Of a stretch of 64,000 bases of DNA, positions 29,128 to 39,400 are shown piece by piece. Source of the stretch: Candidatus Tayloriibacteriota bacterium (GTDB lineage Bacteria; Patescibacteriota; Minisyncoccia; Phycocordibacterales; PALSA-1337); NCBI GenBank assembly GCA_028286665.1, contig JAQBRD010000031.1:155-64154 (forward strand). The letters run 5' to 3'. How positions within the stretch are numbered: the stretch's first letter is position 1; each line of letters starts with the position of its first letter. The notes below the pieces were generated by a model. The model saw only the letters and a list, made by a program, of their open reading frames with translations, was not told the DNA's origin and did no database searches. The position numbers were made by a program, and so were the translations under genes.

Positions 29128-29634
29128 ATGCCTATGATACCACAACTCCCGGCCGGTTCAGGCGCTTTCATCCTCATGCACGATGTCCGGAGCGTTCATA
29201 ATGTCGGATCTATATTCCGCACTGCGGACGGATTCGGCGTGGAAAAGATCTATATTTCAGGCCATACGCCGTCTCCGATCGACCGTTTCGGCAGGAAGCG
29301 CCCTGATATGGCGAAGGTCGCGCTCGGAGCTGAGGATTCGGTCGCATGGGAGATGGTCGAGGATCCGCTGGTGCTCGTTAAGAAGCTGAAGAAGTCCGGC
29401 GTGCGCATCGTCGCGCTCGAGCAGGATGAGAGATCTGTCGATCTGAAAGAGATTCCGTCGATCAGCATGGCTCGCCAGCCCACGTTGCTCATTCTTGGCA
29501 GGGAGGTGGAAGGGATCGGAAAGGAATTTCTCGATATCTCTGATGTCATCGCTGAGATCCCGATGGTCGGCAAGAAGGAATCATTCAATGTCTCGGTCTC
29601 TGCAGGAGTTGCGATGTATCAGCTTTTCGGCTGA
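29128..29634 (+). CDS. SpoU/TrmH-family RNA 2'-O-methyltransferase
   Basis: The protein has HNVGSIFRTADGFG, LILGREVEGI and IPMVGKKESFNVSVSAGVAMYQL. Confidence 0.8.
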   Translation: MPMIPQLPAGSGAFILMHDVRSVHNVGSIFRTADGFGVEKIYISGHTPSPIDRFGRKRPDMAKVALGAEDSVAWEMVEDPLVLVKKLKKSGVRIVALEQDERSVDLKEIPSISMARQPTLLILGREVEGIGKEFLDISDVIAEIPMVGKKESFNVSVSAGVAMYQLFG

Positions 29635-29656
29635 GATAATTGTTGAAAGTTTCATA

Positions 29657-30457
29657 TCATATTTTCTTTGCCCGAAAGACGACGCATGTCGGCACCATGC
29701 TGCTTGCTGTGGCAGAATAGATCGGCGAATACACGTCGAGCGGTTCCGTATCCTTGTCGGGCTTCGGCTCCCAGAATCCGTCGACGGAGAATCCTGCTTC
29801 GGTGAGCATTCTGAACCAGTCGCTTGGGCGGAGCTGGTGCGTTTCTATAAGCTGTCCGCTGCCTTTCCAATTTTCACGAAAAAGCGGCATCGGTTCGTGA
29901 TAGCTTTTGCGTACGACAAGCTTACCCTCTTCAGTTTCTATGATTCGGCTGAGGTAATGATCCCAGGAGAATATGAAATATCCTCCGGGCCGTAATTTCT
30001 TATGGATCTCACCAAACAGCTTTTCGGGATATTCCGACCATCCGATGCTGTAGACCGCGATGACGCAGTCAAAAAGGCCATATGGAAGCGCTTCGTCCAT
30101 CGCCTGCTGTATCAGCGTGAAGCGCTTAGGGTATCCGCTGCTATTTTTCGAAGCAGCAGCGATTCTCATTTCAGCGATTTTCTTCTGTGCTGAGCTGAAA
30201 TCGATTCCGGTCACATGAGCGGCACCGTGTTTCAGAAGATATGCGATAGAATCTCCAGAGCCGAAGCCTATCTCGAGAAACTTTCCCCCTTTGATCTCGG
30301 GAATGATCGCGACATCTTTCATTTCGCCATTCGTACCCCACGAAGGAAGGGAAGTTCCTCCTGCGTATTGTTTCGCGACGAAGTCCCAGGCTTGCTGATG
30401 ACTCTTCAGGGTAGCTCCTTGCGGGCAGGGGTCGCTCTGGGCGCGTAATTTATTCAT
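29657..30457 (-). CDS. Class I SAM-dependent methyltransferase
   Basis: Motif I reads FLEIGFGSGDS, the sequence includes VTGIDFS, and motif II reads FDCVIAVYS. Confidence 0.7.
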   Translation of the reverse strand: MNKLRAQSDPCPQGATLKSHQQAWDFVAKQYAGGTSLPSWGTNGEMKDVAIIPEIKGGKFLEIGFGSGDSIAYLLKHGAAHVTGIDFSSAQKKIAEMRIAAASKNSSGYPKRFTLIQQAMDEALPYGLFDCVIAVYSIGWSEYPEKLFGEIHKKLRPGGYFIFSWDHYLSRIIETEEGKLVVRKSYHEPMPLFRENWKGSGQLIETHQLRPSDWFRMLTEAGFSVDGFWEPKPDKDTEPLDVYSPIYSATASSMVPTCVVFRAKKI

Positions 30458-30563
30458 GTCGTACGTTATATCCTGAAAGTAGAAATAAGTCTCAAATATA
30501 GACTTTATTTGAGTATTAATCGAATATGGCCATAATATATAAGGTTTATTTAATAAAAATAGA

Positions 30564-30580
30564 CGTCATTATTTATGACG
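30564..30580. promoter_or_regulatory. Palindrome CGTCAT-TATTT-ATGACG upstream of TrmB-like paralog C (candidate operator)
   Basis: A perfect 6-5-6 inverted repeat lies about 14 bp before the start codon. A second palindrome, AAGTCT-CAAATAT-AGACTT, is at 30487-30505. Confidence 0.35.
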
Positions 30581-30593
30581 GTTTATTGCATAT

Positions 30594-31388
30594 GTGAGCA
30601 AAGGGTGGTATAAAAACGTCATGGAAAAAGAATTACTTGGGCATCTGATCGAGCTCGGACTTACGGAAAAAGAAGCCCGGCTCTATGTCTGGCTTGTGGA
30701 GCGCATCGAGACTACCGGCTATGAGGCGAGCATCGCGCTCAAGATCCCTCGAGGCACCGCGTACACCTTGCTCGAAGGTCTTGTTCGGAAAGAAATCGTC
30801 CGAGCAGGAACGCAGAACAAGAAACGCGTATACACTCCTGAATCGTTTTCAGTGTGGAAGAAAAGTCTTCAGGAAAAGATGAATATTGCTTCCTCGATGC
30901 TTCCGCTTCTCGAGAGCATGGTCTCAGTCAAAGGTCATAGCATCGATGTTCGTCTTTATAAGGGAATGTCTGGGGTGCAGAAGGCCTGGGATGAAGTCAT
31001 CGAGCATTTCGAAAAAAATCGCGTCGACACTTGCTTTGCAGTAAGTCATGGATCTCAGATCTACGCTGCGATGCCGAGGTATTTCAAGCGATGGATCGAG
31101 CGTCGGGTGGCGAACAAGACCGAGGCATATCTGATTTACCCGCTTGAAGACAAGAATGCGGTAGAGAACGGCTCCATTAGGGAACCGCTCGCTCAGTATA
31201 AATTCGCGCAGGGCGAGGCGCTCGCTTTCAGCGGAGACGTCACATGCGGAGGAAAGATCGCCGCTATCTTCTCATTCGACAATAAGCAGGAGCCGCACGC
31301 AGTGATCATCGAATCCGAAGACATTTCGAAGATCTTCACGCAATGGTTCAGAACCTTGTGGCACGTTCTACCGGGAAAGAATTTCTGA
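30594..31388 (+). CDS. TrmB-like HTH transcriptional regulator, paralog C
   Basis: The HTH reads LYVWLVERIETTGYEASIALKIPRGTAYTLLEGLV, and the C-terminal domain is shared (AVIIESEDISKIFTQWFRTLW). Confidence 0.7.
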   Translation: MSKGWYKNVMEKELLGHLIELGLTEKEARLYVWLVERIETTGYEASIALKIPRGTAYTLLEGLVRKEIVRAGTQNKKRVYTPESFSVWKKSLQEKMNIASSMLPLLESMVSVKGHSIDVRLYKGMSGVQKAWDEVIEHFEKNRVDTCFAVSHGSQIYAAMPRYFKRWIERRVANKTEAYLIYPLEDKNAVENGSIREPLAQYKFAQGEALAFSGDVTCGGKIAAIFSFDNKQEPHAVIIESEDISKIFTQWFRTLWHVLPGKNF

Positions 31389-31389
31389 T

Positions 31390-32394
31390 CTAGCCCCGCT
31401 TTGATTGCAGCTTCTGATGCACGTCGCAGAAATGCGCGCTTCGTCCCGCGACGACTTTCCGTCGGATCGTGCCGGTGCATTTCGGCTTCGAGCATGGCTG
31501 TCCGGTCTTCCGGTATGCCTTGTGCTGCTCCTGGAATTTGCCGCGCTCGCCATGGATATTGCGATAGTCGCTCATGGAGTCTCCGCCGAAATCGATGCCG
31601 CGAGAGAGGACGGCCCGGACTGCTTCATAGAGATTCTTCAGATCTTTGTCGCTCACATCCTTCACTCGCTCTTCAGGATTGATGCCTGCGCGCCAAAGCG
31701 CTTCATCAGAATAGATATTGCCGATGCCGGCGATGATCGACTTGTCCATGAGCGTCGTCTTGATCTTGCCGACAGGCTTCAGCCGAAGGCGTTCCGCGAA
31801 TCTGTCGAAGGTGAAGCTCGGATCAAGCGGTTCTGGGCCGATGTCCTCGAGATGCGCCGACTCATGCGCCGCTGCGGTCGAGAGCAGGGTGACCTTGGCG
31901 AATTTGCGCATATCAGAAAGCACGAGCTGCTTGCGGGGCTTATTTTCTTTGCCATCCGAGAGCGTGAATACGAGATGGATGAAACGATTGAAGGGATCTC
32001 GGAGCGCATCGCTTGCGCGAGCAGCCGGCGTCCATGGGTCGCGCGATTTCTTGGGATCGAACTCGTATTCGCCAATCATCATATGCCCGGTCATCTTCAT
32101 GTGGATGAGGATGGTCTGGGCAGGGAGCTTGCCGGAGTCATTCGAACCGTCTTTTTGTCCACTGTTGCGAGCCTCGAGATTGATGAGGATGTTCTTCGCT
32201 CGCCGCTCAGCGCCGAGGATCTTCCTGCCGACGATGCTCTCCCTGAAGCTGCTGAAAAATTCCGGATCCTTGATGGTATCCGAGCCGTGATAGTGCTTGC
32301 TGTCGTAATCAGTCCAGACATCCTCGACGATGAGGCCTTTCGCGAGCCTGTTGAGCCCGTTCACGGTCGTTTGGACTTCGGGTAATTCTGGCAT
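31390..32394 (-). CDS. fpg: Formamidopyrimidine-DNA glycosylase (Fpg/Nei family), long form
   Basis: I take the start at MPELPEVQTT (catalytic Pro2 and Glu3). The sequence includes KRSYLMDQ-like and H2TH regions and a C-terminal zinc finger (CSKPKCTGTIRRKVVAGRSAHFCDVHQ). At about 335 aa the protein is longer than the roughly 270-aa norm. Confidence 0.8.
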   Translation of the reverse strand: MPELPEVQTTVNGLNRLAKGLIVEDVWTDYDSKHYHGSDTIKDPEFFSSFRESIVGRKILGAERRAKNILINLEARNSGQKDGSNDSGKLPAQTILIHMKMTGHMMIGEYEFDPKKSRDPWTPAARASDALRDPFNRFIHLVFTLSDGKENKPRKQLVLSDMRKFAKVTLLSTAAAHESAHLEDIGPEPLDPSFTFDRFAERLRLKPVGKIKTTLMDKSIIAGIGNIYSDEALWRAGINPEERVKDVSDKDLKNLYEAVRAVLSRGIDFGGDSMSDYRNIHGERGKFQEQHKAYRKTGQPCSKPKCTGTIRRKVVAGRSAHFCDVHQKLQSKRG

Positions 32395-32429
32395 ATACTT
32401 TCTTATACCACATATTCTCATTTCCTTCA

Positions 32430-33761
32430 TTGCTCATGAAAAAAATCCTCTCAGTTCTCCTGCTCGCAATATTCTTCACGGCTTCTCTCGCTGCCCTCGG
32501 GAATATTCCGGAGATCGTGGCGCTTGCTTCGGATTTCGGCATACGGCTCGTAGAGCAGAATGGATCGGAGCAGAGTCAGAACGATCAGCAGGCCGCGATA
32601 TTCTTCATTCCCGGCATCAGCGTCGGAGATCTTCAGGCAAAATACAAGAAAGCGCCTGAAACAGCGCAGAAAATAAATGTCCTCGTCGTGCCTGGCCACG
32701 AGCCGGATTACGGCGGCGCAGAATACCGCGATCTCAAGGAGCGAGATATGACCGTTGAGCTCGCAGGCTATCTCGCCGATCTTCTGAAAGCCAATCCGCG
32801 CTTCAGCGTCACCGTACCTCGTAGCCTCCATGCATGGAATGAACCGTTCGCTTCGTATTTCATCGATGCGTCTACATCGATCAGGGATTTCGCCGCACGT
32901 CAGAAATCTGAAATGGAGCGCCTCATGAAATCCGGCGAGATCAAGACTCAGGAGGCCGAGGTCTATCACAACGACGCTCCATCAGACGTCGCGCTCCGGA
33001 TCTACGGCATGAACAAATGGGCGAATGACAATCACGTCGATGTCGCGATCCATATCCATTTCAATGATTATCCCGAGCATCGTACGAAAAGCCCTGGGGA
33101 ATATGCCGGCTATGTCATCTATGTTCCTGAGCATCAGTATTCCAATAGCAGCACGACCAAAGCCATCGCCGACAGCATCAGCAAGCGCCTCTCGCGGTAT
33201 TATCCGACCAGCAATCATCCGCAGGAAGTCGACGGGGTAGTGGAAGATCAGGATCTCATCGCGGTCGGCTCGCATAACAGTTCAGATGCGCCGAGCATGC
33301 TCATCGAGTACGGCTATATCTATGAGCCGCAATTCCAGAATCCTGCCGCGCGCAAGCTCATCCTCGAGGATCTCGCATTTCAGACATATCTCGGCTTGCA
33401 GGATTTCTTCGGAAGCGGCAACGACGTGACGCTCAAGTATGACAACCTCATCCTTCCGCACGAGTGGACGAAGAATCTTTCGAAGACTATCTTCGATGTC
33501 GCGACGAAGCTCGGCGGAACGAACCGCGACGTCATCGTCAGCGATATTATCGCGCTTCAGACTGCGCTCATGAGAGAAGGAATGTATCCTCCGAAAGGCG
33601 AAACGAAATACGCATGTCCGAGAAGCGGTGCCTTCGGCCCATGCACCATGAAAGCACTCGCCGAATTCCAGAAGAAGTGGGGCATCCGGGGCGAAGCCGG
33701 CTCTGTCGGCGAAAAGACCCGCAAGAAGCTGAATGAGTTATACGAATCGCAGATGCTATAA
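32430..33761 (+). CDS. N-acetylmuramoyl-L-alanine amidase (Amidase_3-like) with C-terminal peptidoglycan-binding domain
   Basis: After a signal peptide, VLVVPGHEPDYGG...ERDMTVELAGYLADLL...VDVAIHIHFND has the amidase_3 pattern. The C-terminus (IIALQTALMREGMYPPKGETKY...ALAEFQKKWGIRGEAGSVGEKTRKKL) is a PG_binding_1-like domain. Confidence 0.65.
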   Translation: MLMKKILSVLLLAIFFTASLAALGNIPEIVALASDFGIRLVEQNGSEQSQNDQQAAIFFIPGISVGDLQAKYKKAPETAQKINVLVVPGHEPDYGGAEYRDLKERDMTVELAGYLADLLKANPRFSVTVPRSLHAWNEPFASYFIDASTSIRDFAARQKSEMERLMKSGEIKTQEAEVYHNDAPSDVALRIYGMNKWANDNHVDVAIHIHFNDYPEHRTKSPGEYAGYVIYVPEHQYSNSSTTKAIADSISKRLSRYYPTSNHPQEVDGVVEDQDLIAVGSHNSSDAPSMLIEYGYIYEPQFQNPAARKLILEDLAFQTYLGLQDFFGSGNDVTLKYDNLILPHEWTKNLSKTIFDVATKLGGTNRDVIVSDIIALQTALMREGMYPPKGETKYACPRSGAFGPCTMKALAEFQKKWGIRGEAGSVGEKTRKKLNELYESQML

Positions 33762-33778
33762 GCGCGACACCAAGCTGC

Positions 33779-34543
33779 TTACTTTATTCCTTCCCAGATT
33801 CCCTTGAAGAGCTCGCGCATGTTGTGCGCGAGTTTTGCGTCATAGATCTGCACGAGATAGTGCGGTTTCTGATTGGTGACGATGAGCGTCAGGTAATCGC
33901 CGGTGACCCATGTGGTCGCAGTGAAATCGCCCTCGCCGTTCCAAAATTTGATGATGCGGTTGCTGTAGCCGCGCTTGCTCATGTCAGCTTCGAATTTCGA
34001 TTCGTTGCTGAGCAGACGGAGCGACAGCTTGCTCGGCGCACACTTCTTCCAATACCAATCGATCCATCCCTGGTAGCTTTTCACGAAGCTCGGATCCTGG
34101 AATCCCCACCAGATGCTGTCGTTCTTCAGGATGCTCTGACTCCATATCGGCGCCTGCTTCTCCATGAATGCCTCGATGTCCTCCTCATAGACGAATTGTA
34201 TCTTCGGAATGGAATAGCGCGTGTTTTTCGTAATGTCTTTCAATGCGTCGACAGCCTTGCCGATGAGCACCTTCTTGTTCTGAAGCTCGAGCTCTTCCTT
34301 CCGGATCATTTTCTTCAGATCCTCCGGCGGCAGGGCAGTGAGGTAGTTCTGCTTTCCGCCGACGTCTTCGACGATGATTCCTCGCGCGATGAGCTCCTTG
34401 GCGATGCTGTAGGTGGTCGAGCGGTTGATGCCGGTGAGGCGGGCGATGTGCGCCGGCGTCGCATGGCCGAGTTCAAGTACGGCGAGGTATGTTTTGACCT
34501 CCTTTTCTTTCAATCCGAGTTCTTGCAATATTTGTTCAATCAT
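33779..34543 (-). CDS. TrmB-like HTH transcriptional regulator, paralog D
   Basis: The HTH reads VKTYLAVLELGHATPAHIARLTGINRSTTYSIAKELI. The gene is divergent from the 34811 ORF and SBP copy 3. Confidence 0.7.
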   Translation of the reverse strand: MIEQILQELGLKEKEVKTYLAVLELGHATPAHIARLTGINRSTTYSIAKELIARGIIVEDVGGKQNYLTALPPEDLKKMIRKEELELQNKKVLIGKAVDALKDITKNTRYSIPKIQFVYEEDIEAFMEKQAPIWSQSILKNDSIWWGFQDPSFVKSYQGWIDWYWKKCAPSKLSLRLLSNESKFEADMSKRGYSNRIIKFWNGEGDFTATTWVTGDYLTLIVTNQKPHYLVQIYDAKLAHNMRELFKGIWEGIK

Positions 34544-34810
34544 GTCGAAATCATAGCGTGTTGTTATAAAATTGTCAACACATAAATATGCTTTAAATAA
34601 AGGTTTAAATTAAAATATATGAGTATATTGTTATATGTAATTAGTCATGATTATGAAAATTGTGCAATAATAATGCCAGAAAGTAAATAGTACTTTGAAA
34701 CATCGGTTCCGGAAACAGGCATGTCACGCAAGGCCTGTCTATTCCCGGAACCGATGCTATCGATAAGCTCCCATGCGGGATGACACGATGCCTCAGTAAG
34801 GGAATAAATT

Positions 34811-35149
34811 ATGAAAAAATACACCGGAATCGAAATCCCGACCGAAACCATAACCCCTTGCCATGAGTTTCACAGCGCGAAAGCATTCGTGGTCAAGGTC
34901 GGGGACTTGTATTATCGCATCGAACGCAAGGCGAAGTTGCTTCACGAGAAGGACGCTAAGGCAGGTTCTTGGCCGTTCGGCTGGATGTATCGCTTCGAAG
35001 CAGTACAGATCGAGTCGCCGGAACGCGAGCTAGATTTCGCTCTGCAGCAATTCATAGGGGAGAGACTCGCGCAAGGTCTAATGGCCGGGGATCTGACGGA
35101 CTTTACCTGCCAAGGTTCTGCTGGCGCGAAAAAAGGTGGGTGGAGTTGA
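34811..35149 (+). CDS. Hypothetical protein (112 aa) with structured leader
   Basis: The ORF is preceded by an aggg RBS and by a long hairpin at 34694-34750. Confidence 0.4.
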   Translation: MKKYTGIEIPTETITPCHEFHSAKAFVVKVGDLYYRIERKAKLLHEKDAKAGSWPFGWMYRFEAVQIESPERELDFALQQFIGERLAQGLMAGDLTDFTCQGSAGAKKGGWS

Positions 35150-35254
35150 GAAAACAAATGGAGGATCCTCAAAAAATCCTCCACTTTATTGAGTTCACGA
35201 CAGTGTGTCGCGGATTCATAGAGTCCTTATTTATTCAATAAAAAATTTAAAAAT

Positions 35255-36373
35255 ATGAATACCAAATCATTGCGGATTCTCTGTTCCATCCTTCTCCTAG
35301 TCATCATCGTCTTCGCTGTCTATAAGGGCAGCAAAGGAAATGAAGCATCTGGAGACATAAAGATCGGGGGTATCCTCATCATGAGCGGCGGCGGCGCAGC
35401 TTGGGGCGACGGATCGAAGAGCGGCATGCAGATGGCTGTCGAGGATATCAATAAGAATGGGGGAGTCAACGGAAGAAAGCTCAGCCTTGTTCTGGAAGAT
35501 GATGCGGGAGATCCGAAGAAGGCCATCAGCGCCTTCTCGAAGCTGACCAACTCGGACGGAGCAAAATTCATCATCGGTCCGAATTGGTCTAATTCCGGAC
35601 TCGCACTCGTTGATTTGGCGAAGAATAACAAGGCTGTCCTCATATCTCCGACACTCGGCGTGAAAGAATTCAATGAAGGAAGCGAAAACATATTTAACAC
35701 ATGGCCGCACGACTTCATCCTTTCGCGGAACATCGCTGACTATGTGTACAAGAAAGGATATCGGAATGTCGCGATATTCGGACTGCAGGATTCGTGGGTA
35801 TATGATCAGACGAAGAATTTCAAGGAAAGGTTCGAAGAGTTGGGCGGCAAGGTCGCGTTGGTCTATGAGCCACAGGCGACTGAAACAGATATGCGCGCAG
35901 GAATAACTAAGGTGAAGGCTGATAAATCGATCGATGCGATCATTATGACCGTCGCCGGCTATAGCCAATCGCATATCATGCCGCAGCAGATCCGAAGCCT
36001 TTCGGTAAACCTTCCGATCTTCTCGGTCAACATCGACAAGAAATCGATTCATGATTGCGGAGCAGCTTGTGAAGATATGATCTTCCTCAGTTATTTCACT
36101 CCGAATAAGCAGTTCGAAGCGAAATACAAGGCAAAATTCGGAGCCGAGGTGCTGATAGGCGCCGATTCATCTTATGACGCGGTGATGCTTCTTGCGAAAG
36201 CGATGACTGAAACGAAAAGCACTGATGTTGCGAGCGTCTCCAAGTATCTGAATGCGGTGAAAGAATATGATGGAATGTCGGGCAATCTGAAGTCGGATGG
36301 GAAGAGGGCTTTCATAAAGCCGTACACGGTGAATAGGGTGATGAAGGGGGAGCCTGTAGCCATAGTAGAATAA
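35255..36373 (+). CDS. LivK-type substrate-binding protein, copy 3
   Basis: After an N-terminal anchor comes IKIGGILIMSGGGAAWGDGSKSGMQMAVEDINKNGGVNGRKLSLVLEDDAGDPKKA. Confidence 0.8.
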   Translation: MNTKSLRILCSILLLVIIVFAVYKGSKGNEASGDIKIGGILIMSGGGAAWGDGSKSGMQMAVEDINKNGGVNGRKLSLVLEDDAGDPKKAISAFSKLTNSDGAKFIIGPNWSNSGLALVDLAKNNKAVLISPTLGVKEFNEGSENIFNTWPHDFILSRNIADYVYKKGYRNVAIFGLQDSWVYDQTKNFKERFEELGGKVALVYEPQATETDMRAGITKVKADKSIDAIIMTVAGYSQSHIMPQQIRSLSVNLPIFSVNIDKKSIHDCGAACEDMIFLSYFTPNKQFEAKYKAKFGAEVLIGADSSYDAVMLLAKAMTETKSTDVASVSKYLNAVKEYDGMSGNLKSDGKRAFIKPYTVNRVMKGEPVAIVE

Positions 36374-36383
36374 AGCGAAGAAC

Positions 36384-36418
36384 AAAACCGCCGCTCCTTT
36401 CGGAGCGGCGGTTTTGTT
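36384..36418 (+). terminator. Rho-independent terminator
   Basis: aaaaccgccgctcc-tttc-ggagcggcggtttt. Confidence 0.6.
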
Positions 36419-36488
36419 ATTGATTTCGCTCGGGGATTTCTCAAAGGATAAGCTTCCTATGTGAAAGCGTCAGGCTGCCATATAATGG

Positions 36489-39400
36489 ATGGATATGAAA
36501 AAAATCGCTGTATTCCTCGGCATCCTGGCGGTCGCGTTCTCGGGTTTTTTTGCGGTGAAGCATGATGCGCAGGCTAGTTCGATGGGATATATAGAGTCGA
36601 GTTGCATCTATTACGGATATCAATCGAATGGCAATACTTTCTCTGAAACCCGTTTCTGGGATATGCCGATCACTGATGCGATGCCTGCTCCTCAGAATCT
36701 GGGAACTCTCATTGCGACATATGCAGCGTCGAAGCCTGCAGGCGACAGGTCAGAGAGTCGTCAAAATAATTCTACGTCTAAATTGGCTTACCCGGTAGGC
36801 TGCCAAAAATATTCCGGTTTTTTCACCTATAAGGTTATGAGCATGGTCCTCAGCACCGATGACTCGGTTCGGTTTTCAGACGGCAATACGGTGCGAGACT
36901 ATGCGGGACCGGTGAGCGCGGTGGATGAAGTAATGACCAGCCATGCGGACAAGCTTACTTTCAACGTGATACCAAAATTCCGCGGACCCGCGACTACTCT
37001 TGCGGCAAGCGTCTCAGGAAATCAGGTGACTCTTGCTTGGAGCAATCCGTTTCCGGCGAAATCTCTTGCCATGACTAGCTATGTGGCTGCGGTTGAGCGG
37101 GCACGTGCAGGATCGAATTCATTCGTGCAGGTGAGCCCCGCTCTCGATCAAAGCTTCAGCATGCCGTATTCGAATATCGGAAACTATACGAAATTCTTCA
37201 CGCCGCAATTGACCTACACGGATACCTCGGCGCCTGAAGGAGATTTTGATTATCGAATCAGGATAGACATGTCTTTTCAGACAGCCACTGGCGAATTCTA
37301 TGTAAATGGCGGAAGCAGCCAAGATGGTTATTATGCAAAGACATATCATTATTCGACCGTCGCGAGCGCAAAGTTGCCACCGAAAGCTCCGAAGCTCGCT
37401 TCGATCAGTCCAAATAGCTTCAGTGTCGATGCGACAGAAACGCCGCCGGTCACTATCGCTGGAACTGGCTTCAAGCCGACCGGCAATTCAATCAAGTTCG
37501 TTCATGCGACCATCGCAGGCAAGGTATACCGCATCGATGACGTATCGAGCGCTGGAACCTCTCTCGCTTTCGATCTGCCCGCAGGCATGACGCAAGGAGC
37601 ATATAACGTAACGACGAAAGTCACTGATAGCCCTTGGAGCAATGAGCTCACCGTCAGGGTTCTTCCGAAGAGTCCTGCGGCACTTACAGCGAAATTCGTA
37701 TTTACTGATACTAAAAAAGGAATCGATCTCGATTGGAGCGGAGGCGCAGCGAATTCGATTGTTTCTGGGTATGAGGTGGAAAGGGCTTCTGGGTATAGGG
37801 CAGACTCTGCAGAGTATAAGAAGATATCGGAAACTACCGGAAAGACAGCCTTCGATGCAAATTTGAATTTGCTTACTACGAAGGATATTTTTTACCGGAT
37901 CAAGACTAAATTCACTGATGGAACTTCCGTTACCTCTAATGTAGCTTCGGTTCCCGCGTGTCAGAAGATTGCGGGAAATGGTCCGGTCAAAGTCGTGTTC
38001 ATGAGAGATAAGAAAATATCCGAAGATCTCAAAGTAGATGCATTTTACGGTGTAGTCTTGAATACAATAAAACTCGGCTTCAGAAGGACAGATCCCTTCA
38101 AGGCGTATGCTAACAAATTCTCCTTCTATATCGATCTTGAAGAATATGATACTTATGATGATTGGTCGATGCCTGAAGGCACGGCAAAATCTCAATCTGA
38201 GTGCGGAAAGGATGCAAAGATTTATATTTATTACAGCACAAAAGTAGGAAAAACAGCTTACTCATACTTCAATAGCGGAGAGGTGTACATGATGCCTTTT
38301 GATTTATTGCCTACAGCAGGCTTCGATAATCTTATCGATTATGAGAAAAAAATACGTCTGCTCGATAGCAGCGCATCTTCTTCACTTATTCTTGCGCAGG
38401 CTACGCTTCACGAAGTCGGGCATGCTTTCGGAAGATTGCGAGACGAATATATCAGAAGTACTGAGCCTGAACCGTCTTCATTGAGCGTTTTCGATTCCGT
38501 AAATTGCAGCACTAAACCATCGTCTGATTTCCGAAGCTCTATCAATAATCAGATATACGGTTCATTGACAAGCGTCGGCTGCAGCTATCTCAAAGCATAC
38601 ACCGGTCATGCAGGCGATACCTCCAATACATTCTACAAGCCGAGTAAGGCAAGCTTGATGGATACGATACATGCAACCAAGAATCCAGACGGTACGTACA
38701 TAACGTATTCGCGAATATCATCTCCTCGATTCAATGTTATCTCTTGCGGGTATCTCATTTCGGCAATTCTCGGAGAGCCTACGGATAAGGCACATGCGCA
38801 AACGCATTGGCAAGAATGCGCGACGGAACTCGATACTGAGACGGATACTCCGCCGCTTGCCGGCAAGCCGGGGACCTTGAAATCATCAAGCTCCATCGTA
38901 TATCCAGGCAATGCGATAAAATCATCAGCAAACTCAGTTTCAAAAATGAATTCCGTGCCAACCTCGTCAGATCGAAACAGCTTGATCATCAGCGGTTCTG
39001 GCTTCACTCCGGAGGGGAACAATATTCGCTTTGCCAATACTGCAACAAAGAAGGTTTTCGAGATAAATGAGGTTCCAAGCATCGACGGAAAAACTCTGCA
39101 GCTAGATATTCCAAACGATACCGATCCAGGAACATACAACGTAAGGGTGGGGGCATTCAACAGTCCTTGGAGTGACGCGATATCGCTTCAAGTGCTCGAT
39201 TTCCCGAAGATTGCTTCATTTAGTCCTGCATCAATCACGCTTAGCGAGCTCTCGAAGCCGATCCTCATCAAAGGATCTAATTTTATCGTCGGACATACGG
39301 TGACGGTTTCATTCGCGCCGAAGAGCGGAGGATCGGCTATCATAAGCACCGCGAAAGTTGCAACGAGTACGAAAATTTCCGTTATACCGCCGGCCTCGCT

